Below, in pieces: positions 26,313 to 35,616 of a stretch of 52,599 nucleotides of DNA. Position 1 is the stretch's first letter; every line of letters begins with the position of its first letter. The stretch spans positions 1 to 52,599 of the IMG/VR virus record IMGVR_UViG_3300046791_000268; one strand, 5' to 3'. The position numbers and the translations under genes were made by a program. The DNA comes from a virus (Duplodnaviria > Caudoviricetes). The notes beneath the pieces were generated by a model. It did not search any database, was not told where the DNA came from, and saw only the letters and a program-made list of their open reading frames with translations.

Positions 26313-27047
26313 ATGCCTAACGCACTCCCCATCAGCCTGCACCCAGCGGGCGCCGAAATCGCTGACGGCGTAGGCGCGGCCGTTCCGCTGGGCGATCGGC
26401 TGTATGCCACCGTGACGCTCAACTGCACGGCGCTCACAGCATCGGACACGCTGGCCGTGGTTATCGAGGCGTCGCCTACGGGTGACAACTGGGCCACGGC
26501 GGCGGCGTTCCCTGAGCTGACGGCCCCGGCCACGCTGGACGTCGTGATCCCCGTATGCGCGGGAAGCCTGCGCGCGCGTTGGACGTTTACGGGCCTGACC
26601 CCATCGGCCACGTTTTCAGTGACAGGCACGGCCTACCAACTCTATGCGACGATCGCTGACCTAGCAGAGCACGGTATGCCAGCCAGCGCGCTAGCGCGCT
26701 TTACGCAGGCCGAAATGGCCGCGGCATGCCTCGCGTCCAGCGATGAAGCCAACGGCTACATTGCCAGCGCCTACGCGTTACCCCTGACAGCGTGGGATCG
26801 CGACTTGCGAAAGCAAGTCAGCTGTATGGCGATCTACGACTTGCTATCTACACACGGGTTTGACCCGCTGAGCGGCAAAGACAGCATGATCGAAACGCGC
26901 CAAAAGGGCGCGATCAAGTGGCTGGACCGTTTGGCAAACGGCCAGATTCGCCCTGTGGGCATCATCGATAGCGCCCCGGAAGTGCGTGAGCAATCGGTGT
27001 ATGTCGAAACGTGGCAGGCGCGCGGCTGGCGCGGATGGAACTGCTAA
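26313..27047 (+). CDS. Head-tail connector (Mu gp36/DUF1320-like) with extra N-terminal beta domain
   Basis: YATIADL...SDEANGYI..AYALPL...MAIYDL...AIKWLDRLANG. Confidence 0.85.
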   Translation: MPNALPISLHPAGAEIADGVGAAVPLGDRLYATVTLNCTALTASDTLAVVIEASPTGDNWATAAAFPELTAPATLDVVIPVCAGSLRARWTFTGLTPSATFSVTGTAYQLYATIADLAEHGMPASALARFTQAEMAAACLASSDEANGYIASAYALPLTAWDRDLRKQVSCMAIYDLLSTHGFDPLSGKDSMIETRQKGAIKWLDRLANGQIRPVGIIDSAPEVREQSVYVETWQARGWRGWNC

Positions 27048-27078
27048 GCAGTTCCATAAAAAACGCAACGCATAATCA
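27041..27078 (-). promoter_or_regulatory. Vestigial element copy 19 with no downstream gene
   Basis: tgattatgcg-TTG-cgttttttat; TTGCGT-16-TAGCAG. Confidence 0.5.
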
Positions 27079-27081
27079 ACC

Positions 27082-27561
27082 ATGGCCCTGACTGGCGATT
27101 TCAAGAAGCTAGGCCACTGGGCTGACCTGATGCGCAACGGGTCAGTTATCGCGGAGGCTTCTTCAGAGGCGCTCGCCCAAAAATCCGTTGATCTGATAGA
27201 GGATGGTTTCAACGCGGGGCGCGACCCGTACGGCCGCATGTGGGTACCCAAACAGCGGCCGAATGGTTACGCGACCCTGCACGGCAAGACCGGATTGCTT
27301 GAATACACCTGGCACGTGGTCAAGACCAAGCGCCGCGGCTTCATCGTGGCGAGCGATGCGCCTTACGCGGCCGCTCACCAGAAGCCCAAACGCGGCAAGC
27401 GCCCCATGCGCATGATGGTGCCATCCACGGCGCGCGGTCTCCCTGCATCGTGGTCGCGCGCGTTTGAAAAGCTGTATCTGAACTTAGTCAACGTCTATTT
27501 GTCAGGCGGCGCGGTCAACGATGCGGGCGGGCTTGCCGACGATATGAAAGAAACGGGCTAA
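27082..27561 (+). CDS. Virion morphogenesis / neck protein (Mu gpG-like)
   Basis: F..GRDPYG..W.P...L..TG.L...YAAAHQ. Confidence 0.8.
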   Translation: MALTGDFKKLGHWADLMRNGSVIAEASSEALAQKSVDLIEDGFNAGRDPYGRMWVPKQRPNGYATLHGKTGLLEYTWHVVKTKRRGFIVASDAPYAAAHQKPKRGKRPMRMMVPSTARGLPASWSRAFEKLYLNLVNVYLSGGAVNDAGGLADDMKETG

Positions 27562-27563
27562 GC

Positions 27564-28124
27564 GTGGCCAGCGATTTTGAGGTGCTGGTCGGCGTCATAC
27601 ACGTCGCATTCAATGATCCCAGCATTGAGTGGGGGATCTTCCGTGTGGAGGAGTCTGCCAACTCCATTACGCGCACCGTGCTGTGGGTGCCTACCACGTT
27701 CAAAACGGAAGCGCCGAAATACTCTAGCCCGTCCATCGACCCCGACACGGGAATGCCCGTCCAGATTGGCTACCAAGATTTCCTAACGGTTGAGTGTCAG
27801 ATCACAGGCACTACGTTTGAAGACGCGTGCAACACACGCGCGCGCGTTCTGACGGCTGTCCGCATCGCGCTGGGCACGGCCAGCACGCCCACCACGGGCG
27901 CGTACATGACTGAGTTAGAGGGCAAGTCAGGGCACCTCTGGGGCGGCGCGTGCCTGATAGTCCAACACTTCGTGTGGCAGATGAACGTTGAGCTTGTCGA
28001 CGTTATCGCGGGCGCTGGCGAGCCATTCATCTGCGCCAAAATCATCGTAGACGCTGAGCTTCACGACGTTGTTGATAACAGCGTCAGCATTCCGATCGAA
28101 ACGTTCGAAATCCCGACACCGTAA
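27564..28124 (+). CDS. Putative tail terminator
   Basis: Position between neck and sheath; acidic. Confidence 0.55.
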   Translation: MASDFEVLVGVIHVAFNDPSIEWGIFRVEESANSITRTVLWVPTTFKTEAPKYSSPSIDPDTGMPVQIGYQDFLTVECQITGTTFEDACNTRARVLTAVRIALGTASTPTTGAYMTELEGKSGHLWGGACLIVQHFVWQMNVELVDVIAGAGEPFICAKIIVDAELHDVVDNSVSIPIETFEIPTP

Positions 28125-28137
28125 GGGGAAAACCACC

Positions 28138-28677
28138 ATGAGTAAGATAGATGGCGCGGCCGAAGCCGCGGCCGATGGGGACGCGCGCGCGCCGCGTGCG
28201 AAGCCCCCGACCACAACGGCCATTCTCTCGCCTAGCGCATGGAGCAAGGCGTATTTTCCCGTGTCGGTTACGGGCCGCATCAATGACGACATGTGGCGCC
28301 ATTCCGCGGCATCGCAGCTGCACGGCTGGGCCAATCACATCCGCGTGATGGGTGTCCCGATGCAGCTGGATCAGGATGCCTATGAGGGCGCGCTAGCCGC
28401 CGTCAGCGGCACGACGCTGGACCCGTATCCAGACGCGCTGTTTGTAGATCCCAGCTTGCCTGTGGTGGGGGGTCAGTTGCCGCGTGTGCCGCGTGTGCCG
28501 CCTCTGCATGGCGACACGCTACCCGTTTTGCCGCCTCTGCATGGCGCCACGCTGCCAACCATTCCGGGCATCGACAACGCCTTGCCAACTCCGCCCGATC
28601 CGCCGCCTGAGATGGCTGACGACCAGTCACGCCGCGAAAAGTCCAGCGATAAGCCACTTCCGAAAGGCGCGCGCTAA
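28138..28677 (+). CDS. Hypothetical Pro-rich protein
   Basis: Start MSKIDG; internal PPLHGxTLP duplication (28496-28546). Confidence 0.65.
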   Translation: MSKIDGAAEAAADGDARAPRAKPPTTTAILSPSAWSKAYFPVSVTGRINDDMWRHSAASQLHGWANHIRVMGVPMQLDQDAYEGALAAVSGTTLDPYPDALFVDPSLPVVGGQLPRVPRVPPLHGDTLPVLPPLHGATLPTIPGIDNALPTPPDPPPEMADDQSRREKSSDKPLPKGAR

Positions 28678-30107
28678 TGCCGATCCCTAAACTGACTCTT
28701 ACAATCCGCGATCCGGGGCTGGGCTCTACCAGTGCGGCTACTAACGCAGTGCTCTACATGGGTTGCTGCTCCACTGGCTCTAACTACGTATTCAACACGT
28801 TTGGCAACGCCGCGGACGCGGTAGACATGCTGGGCCAGGGGCCTCTAGTAGAGGATATCGCGCTAAACTGTTTGGTAGCTGGCGGGCCTGTGTATGGCGT
28901 GAAGCTGGCAGCTACGATAACCGGCACGTCCAGCGCGGTGGTAGCGTCGCCAGTCACCACGGCTACGGGAACCATCACAGTCAGCGGCGCGGCTTACGAT
29001 TCGTATGACGTCGTGGTGGAAATCACAGGCGCAGGCACGGTCGGGATTGGCTCGTTTCGCTATTCGCTGGACGGTCGTAACACCTACAGCCCAAGCGTGC
29101 TGATTCCGTTGACGGGCCCGTACATCGTCGCGAATACCAACCTCACGATCACGTTTGTGCCAGGCGCTGGCCCGATCTTCTATGCCGTGGGCGATCTTCA
29201 TTCGTTCACCACCACGGGCCCGAGTTTCAGCGTCACAGAGTTGGCGCTAGGCATCGCGGCCGTCAAAGCGGCGAATGTGCGTCTCGCGTCGATCAACATC
29301 TCGGGGAAGTTCGCCACGGGCGCAGGCGCGGCCACCATGGCGGCGGCGCTCGCCACGCATGCCGCAAGCCTGTTTCAGGTCTATCAACCTGTGCGCTGCA
29401 TACTCGACGGCGGCGCTGAAAACGAGTCTACAACCCAGCTCGCTTTCGTCGCGTTCGCCAGCGATCGCGTAGCTGTGGGCTACGGTGACGAGCGCGTGTC
29501 GAGCGGTAAGCCGTTTGCAGGCTGGGGCTTTCCACGTTGCTCTGTACAGCGTTCGATGTCTGTGCGCTGCGCCGCCATCAGCGTCAGCACTGACCCCGCA
29601 CGCTTTGCCACAGGCGCATTGCCAGGCGTCATCAGCATTACGCATGACGAGTTTCGCACCGAAAACATGGATGCGAAAAAGTTCGCCACGCTGCGCACGC
29701 ATCAGGGCCAGCCGGGGATCTACATCTGCAAAGTACGGCTGATGAGTGCGGGGGGCTCTGACTATACAGACTGGCAGCTAGGCCGCGTGATGGATGCGGC
29801 ATGCAATGTCACCTATGACGCGCTGTTGCCGTTTCTGTCTAGCAGCGTGCGCACCAACGCTGACAAGACCATGAACGCCAGCGACGCGGATCGCTGGGAA
29901 AAGAAAGTAAACGACGCGCTCAAGGCTGTGTTGCTCGCGCCTGACAACGCGGAAGGCACGCCAGGTCACGTCAGCGCCGCCAAGTATTTCGTAGACCGCG
30001 CTTACAACGTGCTCGACACCAAAACAGTCAAGGGCCGCGTGGCCATCCGTCCGCTGGGTTACGCGGATTTCATCACTGTTGAGCTGAGCTTCAGCGCCAA
30101 CGTCTAA
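28677..30107 (+). CDS. Tail sheath protein (DUF2586-like)
   Basis: FRYSLDG, SDYTDWQ..RVMDAA, IRPLGYADFITV. Confidence 0.9.
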   Translation: MPIPKLTLTIRDPGLGSTSAATNAVLYMGCCSTGSNYVFNTFGNAADAVDMLGQGPLVEDIALNCLVAGGPVYGVKLAATITGTSSAVVASPVTTATGTITVSGAAYDSYDVVVEITGAGTVGIGSFRYSLDGRNTYSPSVLIPLTGPYIVANTNLTITFVPGAGPIFYAVGDLHSFTTTGPSFSVTELALGIAAVKAANVRLASINISGKFATGAGAATMAAALATHAASLFQVYQPVRCILDGGAENESTTQLAFVAFASDRVAVGYGDERVSSGKPFAGWGFPRCSVQRSMSVRCAAISVSTDPARFATGALPGVISITHDEFRTENMDAKKFATLRTHQGQPGIYICKVRLMSAGGSDYTDWQLGRVMDAACNVTYDALLPFLSSSVRTNADKTMNASDADRWEKKVNDALKAVLLAPDNAEGTPGHVSAAKYFVDRAYNVLDTKTVKGRVAIRPLGYADFITVELSFSANV

Positions 30108-30119
30108 CGGAGATTTGAC

Positions 30120-30608
30120 ATGGCTATCCTTCCCGGCACTGGCACACGCATCAACGGTCACATCTACGATTGGTCGTCTGTCAACATCGATTGCAACGGG
30201 CGCTTTTACGGCGGCATCAGCGAAATCAACTACACTGACAAGCTGGACGTAGGCGAGCTACGCGGGTCAGGCGCGATCCGCCTGGGCACTACGCGCGGTC
30301 AATACTCTGCAGAGGGTAGCTTCACAATCGCGAAAGAAGATTGGGAACCGCTGCGCATGAGCCTGACCGCCATGGGATTTGGCGGTTTTGGCGAGGCTCG
30401 GTTTTTGATTGTGTGTAGCTACCGTGAGGTAGCCGCCGTCTCGCCTATCACTGACACAATCGAGACATGCCGCGTCATCAACGTGGAAAACAGCCATAGC
30501 CAGGGCACCGATCCGCTGATGGTCAAGATCACGCTGGACGTGCACCGTATCGGCCATAACGGAAACTACCTGGTCAACGATTTGGAGGCGCAAGCGGTGG
30601 GCCTCTAA
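30120..30608 (+). CDS. Tail tube protein
   Basis: INGHIYDWSSV...GISEINY...TRGQYSAEGS. Confidence 0.9.
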   Translation: MAILPGTGTRINGHIYDWSSVNIDCNGRFYGGISEINYTDKLDVGELRGSGAIRLGTTRGQYSAEGSFTIAKEDWEPLRMSLTAMGFGGFGEARFLIVCSYREVAAVSPITDTIETCRVINVENSHSQGTDPLMVKITLDVHRIGHNGNYLVNDLEAQAVGL

Positions 30609-30648
30609 GCCTCGCACGCGCCTTGTAGACACGTGAAAGGGATCTGTC

Positions 30649-31011
30649 ATGTCACTGACGCTAGCGGAAAAAATGCAGGAGCCAGAGAGCTACGGCGGGT
30701 TGACGTTGGACGAGTTGAAAGCCAAGCACGGCGACCTAACCATGATGAACACCCCGCGCGGGCCGCTGATTTTCAAGCGGCCCAGCGATCCGGTGTACGC
30801 TGACTTTGTCGACTCCATGAGCCGCGATAAGGCTTCGAAACACGCCAGCATGAAGCGCCTAGCGCTCGCGTGCTGTGTGTTTCCCAGCCTGCCAGAGGCG
30901 CGCGATATCTTGGAAACGTACCCCGGCGTAGTGCTCAAAGCGCAAGGCATCATCAGTGAGCTGGGCGGGGCCGCGGATGAAGGGGCCGGATTCGATATAA
31001 AAAAACTCTAG
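30649..31011 (+). CDS. Tail assembly chaperone (G)
   Basis: Between tube and tape measure; ends on slippery A AAA AAA. Confidence 0.8.
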   Translation: MSLTLAEKMQEPESYGGLTLDELKAKHGDLTMMNTPRGPLIFKRPSDPVYADFVDSMSRDKASKHASMKRLALACCVFPSLPEARDILETYPGVVLKAQGIISELGGAADEGAGFDIKKL

Positions 31012-31205
31012 CGGGTCTGCGTCGGGACCCCTTGCGCGCCGCGCTGGCAGTGCGCGCACTGGTCGACACTTTGCCGCCAGGCGCAAGCGACGATGACCGC
31101 GCCACGCATGAAGAAAGGCGCCTATATGGCGCGCTTTTGGTCGCTATGGCGCTTGGCGATCTTGCCATGATTCGAAGTGTTTTCTTTCGGTTTCGCGACG
31201 AATAA
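30999..31205 (+). CDS. -1 frameshift extension of tail assembly chaperone (GT)
   Basis: A-AAA-AAA at 30999-31005; -1 frame open to TAA 31203-31205, just upstream of the tape measure start. Confidence 0.75.
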   Translation, partial: KKTLAGLRRDPLRAALAVRALVDTLPPGASDDDRATHEERRLYGALLVAMALGDLAMIRSVFFRFRDE

Positions 31206-31214
31206 CCGCACATC

Positions 31215-33062
31215 ATGGCCACAGATAGCGCGTCATTTGCTCTTGCGTTGATCGACAGGGTCACGGCGCCTACGCGCGCGATTTCCAAATCGCTGGACGC
31301 GGTCAATAAGCAGTTCAAGTCGCTGGCGAAACAAGACACCGTGACGTCGGGGCTGCGTGACGCGCTGTCTAGCGTCAACAGTAAGCTTTTCTCGTTCGGT
31401 AAGACCGCGGCCCTCGCATTAGGGGCCGCTGGCATCGCTGTTGGCGGCTTTGTCGTCAAGGGCGTTGTGCACATGGGGATGTTTGCTGAGTCGATCAAGA
31501 TGGCCTTTGGGCTGCTTACAGGCGACAAGGCGATCGGCGATGCGACGTTTACTCGCACCATAGAGCTGTCCAAACAGCTGGGCCTGGGTGTCGAGGAAAC
31601 TGCGCACAGCATGCAAAAGCTGTTGGCAATGCAGTTCTCGCCTCCCGATGCCGAGAAGTGGGTCAGGTTGGGCTCAGACTTGCGCGCTGTTGGCGTGCAA
31701 GGCGATGCTGTACAGCGCGTGATGCTTGACATCGCGCACGTCAAGGCCACCGGCAAACTGAATCAGCGTAACGTCAACATGTTCGCCAACGCTGGCGTAT
31801 CCGCACAGTTGCTGATGGAAGAAGTTGGCAAGGCGATGGGCACCAATGAGGCCGGCGCCATGGCGGCCATGCACAAGGGCAAGATTACCAGCGCGATCGC
31901 GTTGCCTGCCCTTGAACGTGCGATCATGCGTAAGACGCATGAGCATGCAGCCGGCGAGGCTGGTACGGGATTCGCTCAGAAAACACTCACGGGCCTAACA
32001 GGTCAACTCCAAAACGCGCCCGCGCTACTCTTTTTGAAGATTTCGGAAGCTGCGCAGGATTCGCTAGAGCGTCTCAAGCCGCTCGTCCAGAGCGTCATGA
32101 ACGCGATCGATCAGGTGAACGTTTCGCAGGTAGCGCGGTTTGTGGGCAACGTGCTGGACATGCTGACCAGCCTTGTGCCCCTCGCGGTCGAGTTTGCCAA
32201 CGGTTTCGGCGAGGGCTTGAGTGAGATCTCGGACGTGATCGGCGGCGGCAAAGTGGCGGCGGAGTCGCTGCAGACGGCGCGCGATCTTGGGCACGCGCTT
32301 GCGTCGGCGTTCGCAGAGGTACTCAGGATCATAGGGAAGATCGTGGACGCGTTCGTGTGGCTCAATGAACACCGCTGGGCCGCGTGGTCGCTAGCAGGTC
32401 TGTATATCGCGCTCAATATTTTCTCGCAGATGGGCAACATCGCCAAGGGCATAGAGCTAAGCATGGTCGCCGCCAAGGGCATCGGTGCGCTCTTGGGTAT
32501 TGGCGGCAGTGCTGCCGCTGCCGCCGCCCCTGCGGTTACTGGCGCGCTTGCAGGCGGCGCGCGCGAGCTGGTGCTTGGCGGCGAGGGCGCCGCGCTTGAG
32601 CTGGCCGCGGCAGGTGAGGTTACTGCTGCGGGCGGCGGCGTTGCCGCTGCGGGCGGCGGGGCTGCGGCCGCTGGTGGCGCTGCCGCCTGGGGTAGTACGG
32701 CCGTAGGCGCCGCGTCCGTAGGCGCGCTGGCGTTGGCGGCGTTGCCCGGTCTGATGATTGGCGGCGCTGGGTATTACTTTCGCGAGGAAATCGCAAAGGG
32801 CATGTTGGGCATGTTGGGGCCGCGCGCGGATGAAGCCACGGGCCGCGGGCTTGGAGCGGGCGCGGCTACGCCCACGGCCATGTTTACGGGCTTGGAAGCC
32901 GCGGGCAGCAAGCAACCCAACAACGTCACGGTTGGTAATATCAATCTACAGATTGACGGCACGGGCAAAGACGGCGCGCAAATCGGCAGGGATGCGGCGG
33001 AAGCCGCGGGCACGCACATTCAACAGAACTGGCAAAGCCTAGCGTTTGAGAGCGGCGGTTAA
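31215..33062 (+). CDS. Tape measure protein (615 aa)
   Basis: LIDRVTAP N-terminus, KATGKL tape-measure domain, Ala/Gly-rich. Confidence 0.9.
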   Translation: MATDSASFALALIDRVTAPTRAISKSLDAVNKQFKSLAKQDTVTSGLRDALSSVNSKLFSFGKTAALALGAAGIAVGGFVVKGVVHMGMFAESIKMAFGLLTGDKAIGDATFTRTIELSKQLGLGVEETAHSMQKLLAMQFSPPDAEKWVRLGSDLRAVGVQGDAVQRVMLDIAHVKATGKLNQRNVNMFANAGVSAQLLMEEVGKAMGTNEAGAMAAMHKGKITSAIALPALERAIMRKTHEHAAGEAGTGFAQKTLTGLTGQLQNAPALLFLKISEAAQDSLERLKPLVQSVMNAIDQVNVSQVARFVGNVLDMLTSLVPLAVEFANGFGEGLSEISDVIGGGKVAAESLQTARDLGHALASAFAEVLRIIGKIVDAFVWLNEHRWAAWSLAGLYIALNIFSQMGNIAKGIELSMVAAKGIGALLGIGGSAAAAAAPAVTGALAGGARELVLGGEGAALELAAAGEVTAAGGGVAAAGGGAAAAGGAAAWGSTAVGAASVGALALAALPGLMIGGAGYYFREEIAKGMLGMLGPRADEATGRGLGAGAATPTAMFTGLEAAGSKQPNNVTVGNINLQIDGTGKDGAQIGRDAAEAAGTHIQQNWQSLAFESGG

Positions 33063-33065
33063 GTC

Positions 33066-33707
33066 ATGCTGTCACATTGGGACGAGTTCGGCGACCCGTG
33101 GGATCGCATGACGCTGGGCACGCGTCAGTTGCCCGGTGTGTGGGAAGTGTCGAGCGGCGAATGTTCGCGGCAGGTTGACCACAAGAAAACCAAGGACAAA
33201 GACGGCGCGCGCATCAAGGATCTGGGCGTACTGCCCTCGCGATTTGCGGCGCGCGGCAAGATCATGACTCCCGAAGATTGGGAGACCATGCAAGATGTGT
33301 TGCAGGAAATCAACCCCAAGAAAAAGGGCGGGCTGAAAACGCCGTTACATATCTTTCATCCCGCGATCGCGGTGCTGGGCGTATTCACGGTGTACGTAGA
33401 ACGCGTGCGGCCGCCAGAGCTGAAAAACGGCGTAGCAGAGTTCACGTTTGATATGATCGAGTGGACGGAGCCTAAGGCTACGAACATCGGAAAAACGCCA
33501 GCGTCGGTCATCACGTATGACTTTACCACGCGCACATGGGTGTCACGCGAGCGCGATGGCAAGGGCGGATTCAAAGACACCCCGATCGGCCAGACGCCCA
33601 CGGCTGAACTCAGTTTCAACGATCCGCCCAGCAAGAAGGCGGCGGAATGGGACCCAACTACAGCCGGTAACCGTAAGCACTTCTTTGACGATCCAGCGGC
33701 TCACTGA
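33066..33707 (+). CDS. Tail tube initiator / baseplate-associated protein
   Basis: Position after tape measure; LPG...G...IFHP...IEW. Confidence 0.6.
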   Translation: MLSHWDEFGDPWDRMTLGTRQLPGVWEVSSGECSRQVDHKKTKDKDGARIKDLGVLPSRFAARGKIMTPEDWETMQDVLQEINPKKKGGLKTPLHIFHPAIAVLGVFTVYVERVRPPELKNGVAEFTFDMIEWTEPKATNIGKTPASVITYDFTTRTWVSRERDGKGGFKDTPIGQTPTAELSFNDPPSKKAAEWDPTTAGNRKHFFDDPAAH

Positions 33708-34819
33708 TGGGCGCCACAGCTAACGGCAAAGACGTTCTACATGCCGTGATTCAAGAGCCGCGTACAGGCGTCTGGACGGCTGTTGTTGACGTCGACAGCG
33801 ATCAAACCCTAACCGGTCAGGTGACGCTTGTCATTGACGGTGTGACGTGGATAGGCACGGTTACGCGCGGGGATCTCACGTCCGGCCACGTGCACGCGCA
33901 ACTTGTGGGCGGCGCTGGGAAGCTCGCCACGTTGTTAGCGGCGAAATACTATATCAGTGTCCCGCTGTCTGTGGTGCTGACCGATGTCATGACAGCCACG
34001 GGCGAACGCTTGTCGCCGCTGACCAGCACGGCTGTCACGGGCTACACGTCGCCGCGCTGGGCGCGTTTGCAGGGTAAGGCGGGGCTGGTCGTCAAACAGC
34101 TGGCCGCGGCTGTGCCGAACACGGTTTGGCGCGTGCTGCGGGACGGCACGGTGTGGCTGGGCGCTGAAACCTGGCCCGCGGTCAAACCTGAATACGATGA
34201 GACCGATCGGCAGCCCTCGCGAGACTCGGTCACGATCGCGCCTGAGTCGCCTACGGTAGCGCCAGGCACCATGTTCCTGGACAAGCGCGTGTCACGTGTG
34301 ACCACCACGTGCGGCGCGGATGGGCTGCGGCAAGAAATCTTGTTCGAAGCTGACGGCGGCGGCACGCGTGTGATGGGCGACGTAGAAGCCGTGATCGGCG
34401 CGATCGTCGATACGCGGATCGATCTTAGCTACGCCTATCCGGCCAAAGTGATCCGGCAAGCGTCGGATGGCACGCTAGAGCTGCTTTGTGATGACGACAA
34501 AATGCGCGGCACGGGTCTAACCCGCGTCCCGATCCGTCACGGCATACCCGGCGTGATTGTCAAAGTTCCGCCTGGCGGCAAGGTGCTTCTGATGTTCGAA
34601 GCAGGCGACCAGACACGGCCAATAGCCGCGCTGTGGCCCGATGGGTCCAGTGTAACAGAGATTCAAATCACGTCACCCACGATCAAGATCGTGGGCGACC
34701 TAGAAGTCACAGGCGAGGTAACGGCGCTCAGCGCTAACCCGCTGACCAAGGTGACACTGTCAGGGCACATCCATCCCACAGCGATGGGGCCCAGCGACAA
34801 ACCGATCGGCGGTATGTAG
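33707..34819 (+). CDS. Baseplate hub-spike protein (gp27-like fused to gpV-like)
   Basis: WRVLRDGTVWLG hub-like part; OB-fold VP..G.KVLLMF..GD..RP; apex HIH. Confidence 0.7.
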   Translation: MGATANGKDVLHAVIQEPRTGVWTAVVDVDSDQTLTGQVTLVIDGVTWIGTVTRGDLTSGHVHAQLVGGAGKLATLLAAKYYISVPLSVVLTDVMTATGERLSPLTSTAVTGYTSPRWARLQGKAGLVVKQLAAAVPNTVWRVLRDGTVWLGAETWPAVKPEYDETDRQPSRDSVTIAPESPTVAPGTMFLDKRVSRVTTTCGADGLRQEILFEADGGGTRVMGDVEAVIGAIVDTRIDLSYAYPAKVIRQASDGTLELLCDDDKMRGTGLTRVPIRHGIPGVIVKVPPGGKVLLMFEAGDQTRPIAALWPDGSSVTEIQITSPTIKIVGDLEVTGEVTALSANPLTKVTLSGHIHPTAMGPSDKPIGGM

Positions 34820-34821
34820 CC

Positions 34822-34974
34822 ATGAGCAAGCATCCACGGTGTAGGCGATGGCACTGGCTCCCATGGGAATGGGCCGGCTGCGCAGATTGTAGAATGTTCG
34901 CAGCCCACGATGTGGCGAGCGCACGTGTGCGCGAGCAAAGCGCCGCGCCGCCAGTTACCCCGGGCGAACCGTAG
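34822..34974 (+). CDS. Trp/Cys-rich microprotein (50 aa, not in ORF track)
   Basis: MSKHPRCRRWHWLPWEWAGCADC...; paralog of the next gene. Confidence 0.7.
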   Translation: MSKHPRCRRWHWLPWEWAGCADCRMFAAHDVASARVREQSAAPPVTPGEP

Positions 34975-34976
34975 CC

Positions 34977-35168
34977 ATGGACATTCACCCACGGTGCACG
35001 CGCTGGCACTGGCTTCCCTGGCGATGGCCCGGCTGTGCGCAATGCGTCCAGCTTCGCGAGCGCGATCTTGACCGCTGGTCAGAGAGCCAGGGCTTCATTC
35101 CGATCAAGCGACATACACCTATCCCAACGGCGTGGGATCTCCTGCACAAAGACCCGCCCAAAAAGTAG
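34977..35168 (+). CDS. Trp/Cys-rich microprotein (63 aa)
   Basis: MDIHPRCTRWHWLPWRWPGCAQC... Confidence 0.7.
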   Translation: MDIHPRCTRWHWLPWRWPGCAQCVQLRERDLDRWSESQGFIPIKRHTPIPTAWDLLHKDPPKK

Positions 35169-35171
35169 GCG

Positions 35172-35615
35172 ATGGCGCTCATAGCTGCGAACTTGCAAAC
35201 GAGTCTAACAGCGCTCGCCGAAGACCCGGGCGCGACGGTTGCTGACTGCGCGCAAGCGTGGGCCGCGGCTGTTCGCGACTATGCTGCTACCGTGGTCCCC
35301 CTTTCTGCCACGGTAGCAGCGGCGGGCTTAGCGCTACAGGCGCAGCTGACAGCGGCGTTCGAGGTGCGGCCAACGGCGGCGCCTGCCATGGATGCAGCCT
35401 TCCAGGCGTTCGGCGCAGCCGTAGGGCTGGGCATGGCGCCCGCGTTCGTGGCCGTGCCGCCTCCCGCACCTGTGGGCTTTGCAAGCCTGTTTGCGAAGCC
35501 CTACCAGACGAGCGCGGCCGCAGCTGCGGCGCATCTGACGCCAGCGATTGACGCTTGGATGCGCACAGGCACGGCCACGCCAGCGATCGGCGGTTCGCCT
35601 ATTCCGTGGTCATGA
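35172..35615 (+). CDS. Ala-rich baseplate-region protein
   Basis: In operon after the spike gene. Confidence 0.7.
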   Translation: MALIAANLQTSLTALAEDPGATVADCAQAWAAAVRDYAATVVPLSATVAAAGLALQAQLTAAFEVRPTAAPAMDAAFQAFGAAVGLGMAPAFVAVPPPAPVGFASLFAKPYQTSAAAAAAHLTPAIDAWMRTGTATPAIGGSPIPWS

Positions 35616-35616
35616 C

